Assembly: GCA_965242925.1 (NCBI GenBank)
Contig: CBDEUM010000014.1
Span: 96,001 to 160,000 of the forward strand
Reading direction: 5' to 3'
DNA length: 64,000 nt
DNA from: Roseibacillus sp.
GTDB taxonomy: Bacteria; Verrucomicrobiota; Verrucomicrobiia; Verrucomicrobiales; Akkermansiaceae
How positions within the stretch are numbered: position 1 is the stretch's first letter; the number at the start of each line of letters is the position of its first letter. The position numbers were made by a program, and so were the translations under genes. The notes beneath the pieces are model-generated. The model searched no databases. It was not told the DNA's origin and saw only the letters and a program-made list of their open reading frames with translations. Positions 9,815-18,078 of the stretch are shown here, piece after piece.

Positions 9815-10960
9815 GTGAACTTGCTTCGATCCGCGCCTAGTATCTTTCTGTTTCTTGTCGGATCGTCGTCCGCATGCCGTGCCGACGATTTGCTGGCTCC
9901 ATTCTTAGGCACTCCCCTCTTCGACAAACAGCGCCTGTTCGATGATCAGCGCTACCCGAACGTAGTTGTCACAACCAAGGGAACGGTGCTGGCCGTCTGG
10001 GGCAACGACGGTGTGGTCGTGCGCAGAAGCGAAGACGGAGGCAAGTCGTGGGGGAGACGCATCCCGGTGGCGAAAGCCGGATACCATGGGGGAGGCACGA
10101 CCGTGGATGCCAACTCCGGCGACCTTCTGGTCTTTGTCGAAGATCGGCAACCGCCTGCGCCGCTGACGCTCTACCGCAGCCAGGACGACGGCAAGTCGTG
10201 GCAAGCGCAGTCCACGACAATCGAGAAAGACGACAACGGCAATTCTCCCTCCATGCATATGAACGAACACGGCGTCACGCTCCTGCGCGGTCCCCACAAG
10301 GGACGCCTGCTTCGGCCGTCACGATACTACGGGCCGAAAGGCGGCGAAGCGGAGTGGCCTCTGCAATACACCAATGCCATCTACAGTGACGATGGTGGCA
10401 AATCCTGGATGACCAGCAAGCCCTTCCCCGAAAACGGAACGGGCGAAGCCGCTCTGGTCGAGCTTGCCGACGGGCGCATCTATTACAACTCGCGTGTTCA
10501 CTGGTCTAAACGACCGCGCAATCGACGTCGACGAGAAGCCTGGAGCGACGATGGTGGTGCATCGTGGAAGAACTGGCGAATCATTGGCGTGCTGCCGGAC
10601 GGGGACCAAGGTCGAACCTACGGCTGCATGGGGGGACTGACCCGGCTACCCTTGAATGACCGCGACATCTTGATCTTCAGCAACCTCGATACCGACGCCT
10701 CGCACCGCGAATGTGTGACCGTATGGGCGAGTTTTGACGGCGGCAAAACTTGGCCTATCAAGCGACTGGCCGACGCTGGTCGGAGCGGATACTCGTCACT
10801 CGCGGTCGGTCGACAGGATACGCCCAGTGCGGGTTGGATCTACCTGCACTATGAGCACGATCCGATCAAGGGAGCCTACATGGCTCGATTCAACTTGGCT
10901 TGGGTGCTTGGCGGCGAACCCACTGGAGATGGACAAGCGCCAAAGTTGAATCTCAAGTAG
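9815..10960 (+). CDS. Exo-alpha-sialidase-like (GH33/BNR repeat) glycoside hydrolase
   Basis: RYPN (RIP-like) motif, five Asp-boxes (SEDGGKSW, SQDDGKSW, SDDGGKSW, SDDGGASW, SFDGGKTW), GYSSL, LHYE; N-terminal signal. Confidence 0.85.
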   Translation: MNLLRSAPSIFLFLVGSSSACRADDLLAPFLGTPLFDKQRLFDDQRYPNVVVTTKGTVLAVWGNDGVVVRRSEDGGKSWGRRIPVAKAGYHGGGTTVDANSGDLLVFVEDRQPPAPLTLYRSQDDGKSWQAQSTTIEKDDNGNSPSMHMNEHGVTLLRGPHKGRLLRPSRYYGPKGGEAEWPLQYTNAIYSDDGGKSWMTSKPFPENGTGEAALVELADGRIYYNSRVHWSKRPRNRRRREAWSDDGGASWKNWRIIGVLPDGDQGRTYGCMGGLTRLPLNDRDILIFSNLDTDASHRECVTVWASFDGGKTWPIKRLADAGRSGYSSLAVGRQDTPSAGWIYLHYEHDPIKGAYMARFNLAWVLGGEPTGDGQAPKLNLK

Positions 10961-11157
10961 AGCACGGCAGGACCAACTCGGGTCGAGGCAGACTGACCCT
11001 GCAGAGTGCTTCGCCACATGAAAATCCTCCTTTCTTTCCCTGTCGCCGATCCTGCGGTTAATGAGTTTTGGGGATCTCGCCGATAGGCGGGAATCTCGAT
11101 GCAACCCGAGGCGGCCAGGCGGAGTATTGTAATCGACGGCCTCACCCGGAAGGGGAC

Positions 11158-11265
11158 CTACAGGTGCAAGGCCTCGATCTCGTTTCGCACCACCTTGATG
11201 AAGACGTCGTCGAGGTCCTTGCCTTCGAAGCGTTGCTTGATCTCCTCGGCGGGCCCTGAGACCAG
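11158..11265 (-). pseudogene. C-terminal remnant resembling an ABC transporter ATP-binding subunit tail
   Basis: LVSGPAEEIKQRFEGKDLDDVFIKVVRNEIEALHL* with GC-rich codons. Resembles the G(T/P)PEEL...LEDVFI tail of ABC-2 ATPases; no upstream Walker motifs. Confidence 0.45.
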
Positions 11266-11351
11266 CTGAGGTTCGTGAGACCCATCGCCCGCATCGCCTT
11301 GGATGCCTTGTCCCAGTCCGCCTGCATTAAGGCGTCGCAGATAAAGCAGAA

Positions 11352-11396
11352 CCCAGAAACCGGACTCTTTAAGTTCATCTCTCAAAGAATGGCGGA
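11352..11396. repeat. Direct repeat of the tRNA-Ser 3' junction (att-like)
   Basis: 11361-11396 cggactctttaagttcatctctcaaagaatggcgga vs 15850-15885 cggacccttcaagttcgtctctcagatagtggcgga: 30/36 identical (37/45 when extended left). Ends in tggcgga, the last 7 nt of the tRNA. Confidence 0.8.
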
Positions 11397-11429
11397 GCGA
11401 AAGTCTCGAATCGAACTGTCGTCTCTGTA

Positions 11430-11577
11430 TTCCCTGTTTCCGCCGATTTACAGGGTCTTTGGGCCAAAATTGGCGGATTTCAGGGATCTCGGCGGGTCTT
11501 AATATCTCCGGATTCCCATTTCCCCGGGCTTTTTGGCGTGAATTCCCAAGTTCCCTGTTAGCCAAATTATCAGGGAA
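11430..11577. promoter_or_regulatory. Clustered CCCTG/CAGGG inverted motifs (putative recombinase arm/accessory sites)
   Basis: ttccctg 11430 / caggg 11451; caggga 11481; ttccctg 11551 / cagggaa 11571 (perfect 7-bp inverted repeat, 13-nt spacer), all immediately inside the att-like repeat. Confidence 0.5.
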
Positions 11578-11827
11578 TTCCATTCGACTTGAGTTGCTAG
11601 AATTGTTCACCGGAGAAGCACGGGGCCCGGTAGCACTAGGCGGTGATCAAGAGGAAGTGAGACCCATATCAGTAGCCGCCAAACCGATGAGTGTGTTTGT
11701 TTTAAAAAGAATCCTATCCACGATCATGGCGCCCAGCTTGGGTCAATTGAGTCGGCTGGAATTGAATGCTCTACTTTTTTTTTGCAGATTGTACGTCCAA
11801 ATTGCCCTACGTTGGGAGTGACAGAAT

Positions 11828-13087
11828 ATGAGATCGATTCAAAAACGGAAGGGTTCTCCAAGGAACCGGCGAGATGTTTTGAAGTCCGCGGGTTGCATAT
11901 TGATGTTGCCTGCTTTGGAAAGCTTCGGTCAAGAGGCCAAGGGCGATGATGCCGTGAAGGCGAATCGCCTGTTTTGTATGAATATCGGCAACGGCATGTG
12001 TTCTGACAACTTCCCGACGTCGACGGGCAACGACTATCAGAGCTCTTCTACTTTCCAGCCGCTGGAAAAATTGAAGGATGATTTCACTCTCTGTACGAAT
12101 TTAAGGAACTACGGGAATCATGAAAGCACGATGTACGCTTTTGCTGAATACTCTGACCACACAAATCCCCAGTTGATTCAAGATTCAGTTGATGAAATTG
12201 CGGCTTCTCACATTGGCAATGACACGCGCATTAGGAATTTGGTCGTCGAACAGAGGCACTCCTATGGCATCTCCTGGAAGGGTGGATTGCCAGTTTCTCC
12301 AATCACGAATGGAGAGATTTTGTTCGAAACCATATTCGGCAAAGTCGACAAGAAAAAGCGTGCCGAGTTGCTGGCGCTCAAGAAATCGATGTTGGATGCG
12401 ACCAGGGAGGAAGCTAAGAGCATGATGCGTAAAGTTTCTGAGACAGACCGGGTCAAATTGGATGAGTACTTTTCCAGTTTGCGTGAATCTGAAAAGTCGA
12501 TCCAGAGATCTGAGCGCTGGTTGAGCGAAAAACACGTAGACGTGCCATTCCCTGAAAACGTAGCGTTCAAAACGGATGGTCTTACCGAGTATCTGCAAAA
12601 GATTCTAAAATGCACCTACTTCAATGAACGTTCCACTTATTTGGATTTACTCTTTCTGGCATTCAAATTCGACATCACTCGAGTGGCCAATGTGTATGGT
12701 GAATGGAATTGGCTTGGTCACCATACAGATTCCCACGCGGTTAAAACCGAAGAAGGATTTATTAAGAACATCGAGGCGGACCAAGCCTACATGATGCAGA
12801 CGGCTCGTTTCTTGGACAAACTCAAATCGACTAAGACAAAAGCGGGTGGAACCTTACTGGATCAAACGGTTTGCTTGATCACCAGTTCCCTGAGTATTAG
12901 CAAAGAAGAGGGCCCTCACGGCATGAAGAATAACCCCGTGATTGTCGCTGGTGGCGGCTTTGAACATGGTAAACATATTAAGTTCAACGGTACGGATAAC
13001 CGTAACGACGTCTACCTCGCAGCCTTGCAGCAGCTGGGTCTCGAAACCGAACGTTTTGGCACCAGTAGTAGGAGTGCCAAGCTCTAA
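11828..13087 (+). CDS. DUF1552 domain-containing protein (Tat signal)
   Basis: NRRDVLKSAG..LMLPALES, FQPLEKLKDDFT, DRVKLDEYFSSLRE, LAFKFDITRV, GTLLDQT, NPVIVAGGGFEHG, ERFGTS; paired with a DUF1592 gene. Confidence 0.85.
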   Translation: MRSIQKRKGSPRNRRDVLKSAGCILMLPALESFGQEAKGDDAVKANRLFCMNIGNGMCSDNFPTSTGNDYQSSSTFQPLEKLKDDFTLCTNLRNYGNHESTMYAFAEYSDHTNPQLIQDSVDEIAASHIGNDTRIRNLVVEQRHSYGISWKGGLPVSPITNGEILFETIFGKVDKKKRAELLALKKSMLDATREEAKSMMRKVSETDRVKLDEYFSSLRESEKSIQRSERWLSEKHVDVPFPENVAFKTDGLTEYLQKILKCTYFNERSTYLDLLFLAFKFDITRVANVYGEWNWLGHHTDSHAVKTEEGFIKNIEADQAYMMQTARFLDKLKSTKTKAGGTLLDQTVCLITSSLSISKEEGPHGMKNNPVIVAGGGFEHGKHIKFNGTDNRNDVYLAALQQLGLETERFGTSSRSAKL

Positions 13088-13132
13088 ACGACGCGGGGAC
13101 AGTCACTTCGTAATGGAAAAAGGATAGGTGCC

Positions 13133-15682
13133 ATGAGATCCGTTTCCTCCCTTACGTTTTTGATGGTCGTGGCTCTAGGGAGTGCCCCTGCGGTTGGTGC
13201 TGAAAAACACTTTCCTGAGCTCGACCAAAGCAAAGCCTTCTTGAACGCCCATTGCGTGAGCTGTCATGGCAATGAAAAGAGCAAGGGCGATCATAATTTC
13301 GAAAAGTTCGATGGCAAAGATTGGGCCAATCACGAACTGCTGAATGACGTCTTGACGGTTTTAAAAGAAAGGGAAATGCCGCCCAAGAAAGCTAAGAGCA
13401 AACCCTCGGCGAAGGAGCTGGCAGCCTTTGAAAAACTCTTGGGCGAGCAGTATTTCTCGATCAAAGCAAAGTTGCCCGGGGTAATCACGCGTTTGAACCG
13501 CGCGGAATATGAAAACACGATCAACGATTCTTTTTTCTCCAAGTTAGAAGTCAAAAACTACTTGCCGGTAGACAACACCAGAGATGGCTTTGACAACGAA
13601 GGCGATAAACTCGTTATGTCACCCTATGCCATGGATAGCTATTTTCGAGTTGCCTCAGGAATAGCCGAGAAGGTCGTGGGAGGCATGCCCGGTCCTTCTA
13701 CAACCGTTTATACGTACAAGAATTCCAAAGTGCGCAGATTAGGCAGCAAAGGATTTGCGTACTATGAGGATACTAATGACGGTTTGACTACAGAGGGGTT
13801 TTATTACAGAGATTATTCTCGTGGAGTTGGATTCGCGTATGACGTGAGATTGCCAGGCTACTACGATGTGAAGATCAATGGGCATTTCACGTTTTATGAT
13901 CGTTCCATTAAGCACCAGGAACGTGATTTAAATTTCAAGGTCGACCCGGGTAAAAAAAATGAACGGTTGAGAATCACAACCAATGTAGACCCTAAGATCA
14001 GTAGAGAACCACTTAAGACCCATGAGTTTTTATTAAACGATACAGTGCGGGTCTATTTGGAGCCTGGGCAGAATCTTGTTCTTTATAGTCACAACTATGC
14101 TTATCCGTTGCCCAAGGATCTCAGCAAACTCACGCGGATCCCCCCGCTGCCGAAAGATAAGAAGCTAGCCGAACTGCCAAGGACGAGCTTGCACTTCATC
14201 TCGGCTGAAGTTACCGGCCCCTTCTATGATAGCTGGCCTCCCAAAAATGATTTTTACAACACGTACTATGAAGGTCTGAAGGGCAACGATCCACACGAAA
14301 TATACCAGCAATTCATTAGGGAGTTGGCCATTAAACTCTTCCGCCGACCTGTGAGTGACAAGGAATTGAATCGCTATTTCGATGTTGCAAAAAAGAGCTA
14401 TGAAAGGGATGAAAATGTCTTCAATGCCGTGCAAGCGGCCTTGACGATGATGCTCTGCTCACCAAATTTTCTGTATAAGGATGAAGGTGCTTCTCTGGAT
14501 CTCGACGACTATGCGATTGCGTCCAGGTTGTCTTACTTTTTGTGGAATTCACTTCCCGACGACCGTTTGATCAAGCTGGCTTCTGAGGGGAAGTTAATGG
14601 ATTCAAGCGTTCGTTCCGCGGAGGCCTTAAGGATGCTGCAAGACCCTAAAGCTCGGCGTTTTATTAGTAATTTTACAGAGCAGTGGCTTGAGCTTCACAA
14701 AATAGACATCGTGAATGTTCAGGCGGACATCCTCGCGCATACGTTTGGGGATAGGCTTGGTGAAAAAACAGCAAAACTGAAACCCTTCTTGGTGCAGGAA
14801 AGCATTGAGTTCTTCAAGGTGATCTTGAATGAGAACCTGAGTCTCCTGAGTTTTATTGATTCTGATTTCGTGGTGATCAACAGACCGTTGAATGACATTT
14901 ATCAATTAGAACTCCCTGAAGAAGAGGAATTGCCAAACAAAGCCGATCAAAAAGACTCTAAGTTGATAGTGAACGACAAAAAGTTGCGGCGCCAAAGGGC
15001 CTTTCAAAAAGTCATGCTCGATAAAGAGTCGCTGCGTGGTGGCCTACTAACACAGGCTGGTGTCTTGATGATGACCACCAATGGCGAATTCACGAATCCT
15101 TTCTATCGGGGCGCCTGGGTGGCTAAAAATGTCTATGGGCTGGAGTTGAAACTTCCTGCCAATCTTGAAGTAGAAGCCCTGAAAGCGCCCACGGAAACAT
15201 TCACGATTAAAGACAGTATTAATGAGCATCGTAACGACCCTGCCTGTGCCTCTTGCCACAGCAAGATGGATCCCTTTGGTTTGGCCATGGAGAATTTCGA
15301 TGTTTTGGGTCGGTATCGCGAGACTTACCGGAAGTTTGTCGTGACCAAAATACCCGAAGAGAAGAAAGAAGGAAAAGTGGTGAAGAAAGAACGCATCACT
15401 CGCGAGTATGTTGACACGACCAAGGTCGAGTCTGACGCTGTTCATCGTGATGGTCGTACCATCGATGGCATGGAAGGTCTTAAGAGAATCCTCTTAGAAG
15501 ACAAAGATAAGATTGCCAGGAATTTGCTCACCAAGCTTTCTGAATATGCGATGGGAAGAGAAATGAATTATGCCGATTCTGAGATGATTCACCGGCTCTT
15601 AGAAGCATCGAAGAAGAATGATTATAAGTTGCGTGATTTGATGCTTAGCATCATTGCTGACGATTCATTCACAGAACGATAA
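13133..15682 (+). CDS. DUF1592/DUF1588/DUF1587/DUF1595/DUF1585 cytochrome c domain protein
   Basis: N-terminal CVSCH, RLNRAEYENTI, FRRPV, SPNFLY, ASRLSYFLWNSLPD, RGGLLTQAG, CASCHSKMDPFGLAMENFD, YAMGR. Confidence 0.9.
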   Translation: MRSVSSLTFLMVVALGSAPAVGAEKHFPELDQSKAFLNAHCVSCHGNEKSKGDHNFEKFDGKDWANHELLNDVLTVLKEREMPPKKAKSKPSAKELAAFEKLLGEQYFSIKAKLPGVITRLNRAEYENTINDSFFSKLEVKNYLPVDNTRDGFDNEGDKLVMSPYAMDSYFRVASGIAEKVVGGMPGPSTTVYTYKNSKVRRLGSKGFAYYEDTNDGLTTEGFYYRDYSRGVGFAYDVRLPGYYDVKINGHFTFYDRSIKHQERDLNFKVDPGKKNERLRITTNVDPKISREPLKTHEFLLNDTVRVYLEPGQNLVLYSHNYAYPLPKDLSKLTRIPPLPKDKKLAELPRTSLHFISAEVTGPFYDSWPPKNDFYNTYYEGLKGNDPHEIYQQFIRELAIKLFRRPVSDKELNRYFDVAKKSYERDENVFNAVQAALTMMLCSPNFLYKDEGASLDLDDYAIASRLSYFLWNSLPDDRLIKLASEGKLMDSSVRSAEALRMLQDPKARRFISNFTEQWLELHKIDIVNVQADILAHTFGDRLGEKTAKLKPFLVQESIEFFKVILNENLSLLSFIDSDFVVINRPLNDIYQLELPEEEELPNKADQKDSKLIVNDKKLRRQRAFQKVMLDKESLRGGLLTQAGVLMMTTNGEFTNPFYRGAWVAKNVYGLELKLPANLEVEALKAPTETFTIKDSINEHRNDPACASCHSKMDPFGLAMENFDVLGRYRETYRKFVVTKIPEEKKEGKVVKKERITREYVDTTKVESDAVHRDGRTIDGMEGLKRILLEDKDKIARNLLTKLSEYAMGREMNYADSEMIHRLLEASKKNDYKLRDLMLSIIADDSFTER

Positions 15683-15878
15683 TATAGGTCCGGCATCAAT
15701 ATCTCACGGATCTCAGATTCGGACCTTCGACCTGAATCAGTTTGAGAGAGTGCGGATCAAATCCGACCCACAGGGCCGAAATGCGGGCGAGCGAATGAAA
15801 CAGAGAGACCAGAAATCGCCCTATTCTGTGGGGATCCGGGCCCAGATATCGGACCCTTCAAGTTCGTCTCTCAGATAG

Positions 15879-15968
15879 TGGCGGACAGGGTGGGATTCGA
15901 ACCCACGGTACCCTTTCGAGTACACGCGCTTTCCAGGCGCGCCCATTCGACCACTCTGGCACCTGTCC
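15879..15968 (-). tRNA. tRNA-Ser (anticodon GGA), CCA encoded
   Basis: Reverse complement GGACAGGTGCCAGAGTGGTCGAATGGGCGCGCCT-GGA-AAGCGCGTGTACTCGAAAGGGTACCGTGGGTTCGAATCCCACCCTGTCCGCCA: long variable arm, T-loop GTTCGAATC. Confidence 0.97.
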
Positions 15969-16055
15969 TGATGTGCAATCGCAATTGCGAGCGGGGGGAG
16001 CGGACCCTACTGGGCCCGGGGCCCATTGACAACGGGAATAATCACGGCCGCCACC

Positions 16056-17786
16056 CTAGAAGGAGGCCGTCAGACCCACGTGGCCCCGCGGGCCGTCGTC
16101 CCCTTCCAGCGGCACGCCAACATCGGCGCGCAGGTTGAGGTGGCGGCCTATCTGCGCCCGCAGGCCGGCCCCCACGCTGGTGAGGCTTTCCTGGTCCTCC
16201 CGTCCCGGTGTGATTTCATCCCGCCAGCCCCCGCCGTGATCCAGGAAGCCGAGGAACTGAACCTGGACCGGAAAGTGCTCCCCGGTGGGCAGAGTCACCG
16301 GCGGGGTGCGGACCTCGGCCGAAAGGAGGTAACCGCGGTCGGACAGGAAATCGCGCTCCTCAAACCCGCGTACGGTGGAGTGTCCACCGAGGCTGAGTTG
16401 CTCGGTGGGCAGGAGTGCTCCACTCCCGATCTGGAATTGTCCTCTCGCACGCAACGTCCACGCCCCGGGGAGCCGCTGCGTCCAGACAGCCCGGGCTCGT
16501 CCGTAAAGGTAGTTGGCTTCCGCCCCCGCCCGAAAATTCTGGAAATCACTCGTCGAATTCTTCCCCCCGAGTTCCCCGGGGCTGCCCACCACCGAGGCGT
16601 TCAGCTCGAGACTGCCCCGGTTCGCGAACTGACGGCGGGCCCGGTAGTCGGCGCGGAACTGAACCAGCTCCACTCCCGCGCCGGCACTGCCATCAAACCC
16701 TCCAAAGACGAGGAAATTGTCGGAGGACTTGTACTCCACCCCCACGCTGAGCTCCTGCCGGAAGTCGTTCCAGCGATTCAGCTGCATGCCATAGGACGCC
16801 CCGACCTGCCAGCTTGTCCCGGCCGAGTCGACCAGGACACCCGCCAGATAATCCTGGGTGGAGATTTCCGCCCAGCTGCCCGTCAGGCGCACGAAGTGAT
16901 GCCGGGAGTGGATGGGAATCTCCCAGCTCACGGCATGCGCCAGGAGTTCATCAAGCGAATCACCGGTGGTGAACTGGTAACTGATCGACTGATCGAGGCC
17001 AAAGGCATTCCCCCAGTTGAATCCCGCGAGGAAACGGTTTTCCCCGGACACCTCGGCTCCGCTGTTCTCATAGCCGGCATAACCGCGCCAGGGGCGCCGC
17101 TCGCTGAAGGCAAAGACCAGATCTGCCTCTCCTGCCCCCGCGCCGGGTGCGGCGTAGAGGGAGGCCGGGCGAAACGGGTTGCGATTGAACCAGTCGAGAT
17201 GACGCTGCAGTTCGCTGGTCAGGAGAACCTCTCCATCCTGCAGTCGGACCGCTCCCGCCAGCAGCTCCTCGTTGAAGATTCCACCCACCTGCATCCCCAC
17301 CGTGCCCACCAGCCCGTCGATGACCATGAGTTCGATGCTCCCTTCGCCGAGCTCCTGATCGGGCGCATAAATGTCGGTAACCGGGCGATCGTGCAGTTCG
17401 TAATAGCGCAGGAGGGTTTCGATCAACCGGTCGAGTCCGCTCTCGGTGAGGGGCTCTCCCAGAAAGGGTCGCAGCGTCCCGGCCAGCCCCTCGTGATTGA
17501 TGGTGAGACCCAAGGCCTCCACCCGTCCACCCTGCGGAAAGCCATGGTTGAATTCCGGCCCCTGCCCGGACCCGGTCAGTTTGATCGTCTCCAGGTGGGC
17601 CATCAGAACAGCCGACTCGTCGACCTCCCCGCGCACGACTGGTTCGCGCTTTCCGAAGGGCAGACGCCCCTCCGTTTCACCTTCCACCCCGCGGGGGGCC
17701 AACTCGCTGCCCTCCTGCCCGTGGAGCGGAACCGGCAGGTGCAGCCAGAAAAAAAAAGCGGCGATAATGGTGAAGATTCTGCCCAT
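16056..17786 (-). CDS. ShlB/FhaC/HecB family (TpsB) outer-membrane transporter
   Basis: Start ATG 17786 with signal (MGRIFTIIAAFFF...). POTRA-like segments, WFNRNPFR, ENSG, EQLSLGGHSTVRGFEE (VRG motif), C-terminal Phe. Confidence 0.85.
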   Translation of the reverse strand: MGRIFTIIAAFFFWLHLPVPLHGQEGSELAPRGVEGETEGRLPFGKREPVVRGEVDESAVLMAHLETIKLTGSGQGPEFNHGFPQGGRVEALGLTINHEGLAGTLRPFLGEPLTESGLDRLIETLLRYYELHDRPVTDIYAPDQELGEGSIELMVIDGLVGTVGMQVGGIFNEELLAGAVRLQDGEVLLTSELQRHLDWFNRNPFRPASLYAAPGAGAGEADLVFAFSERRPWRGYAGYENSGAEVSGENRFLAGFNWGNAFGLDQSISYQFTTGDSLDELLAHAVSWEIPIHSRHHFVRLTGSWAEISTQDYLAGVLVDSAGTSWQVGASYGMQLNRWNDFRQELSVGVEYKSSDNFLVFGGFDGSAGAGVELVQFRADYRARRQFANRGSLELNASVVGSPGELGGKNSTSDFQNFRAGAEANYLYGRARAVWTQRLPGAWTLRARGQFQIGSGALLPTEQLSLGGHSTVRGFEERDFLSDRGYLLSAEVRTPPVTLPTGEHFPVQVQFLGFLDHGGGWRDEITPGREDQESLTSVGAGLRAQIGRHLNLRADVGVPLEGDDGPRGHVGLTASF

Positions 17787-18078
17787 CCGTATTGACCAGA
17801 CCGAGTATCCTGCGATTGACCCTCCGCCTTGGAAAGACCTTTCCCCGACCGTCAGAGGATTCCCGGAGGGAAGGTTTCCTTTTGCTTTTCCTGGAGCAAA
17901 GGCACCCTCGCGATTCACCGACCCGAGAGGCGGCTTGAAAACTCTTCCCATGACGCCCTATCCTTTGCTTTGCTGGGCCGAAACCAAACCCCGCTCCTTC
18001 CCCTGCAGAGAATCTCCAGAAAAATCCACATTCGCTGAAAATGGTCCCGGTCCGCATCCGGTTGGAACCAGACAACAG

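Larger units (their letters stand above)
11390..15885. mobile_element. Low-GC genomic island integrated at tRNA-Ser 3' end (no integrase)
   Basis: Bounded by tggcgga-containing repeats. Sampled 60-nt lines give 37-57% GC vs >60% in flanks. Carries only the DUF1552 and DUF1592 genes. Confidence 0.75.

Noticed and set aside
1..15878. Integrase, transposase or prophage genes explaining the islands
   Set aside because: No ORF with tyrosine/serine recombinase, DDE or phage motifs found in the window.
15878..16138. Small ORFs over tRNAs (also 28751-28960)
   Set aside because: They are translations of tRNA sequence.
16026..17795. Long antisense ORFs (also 21405-23414, 43738-46269, 7353-8696, 48444-49802, 50035-51546, 55618-56997)
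   Set aside because: Opposite-strand shadows of well-supported genes, expected at high GC; no recognisable motifs.
17497..18078. N-terminal 194 aa of the 1222-aa ORF
   Set aside because: Overlaps tpsB and the divergent promoter region; the signal peptide begins at 18079.
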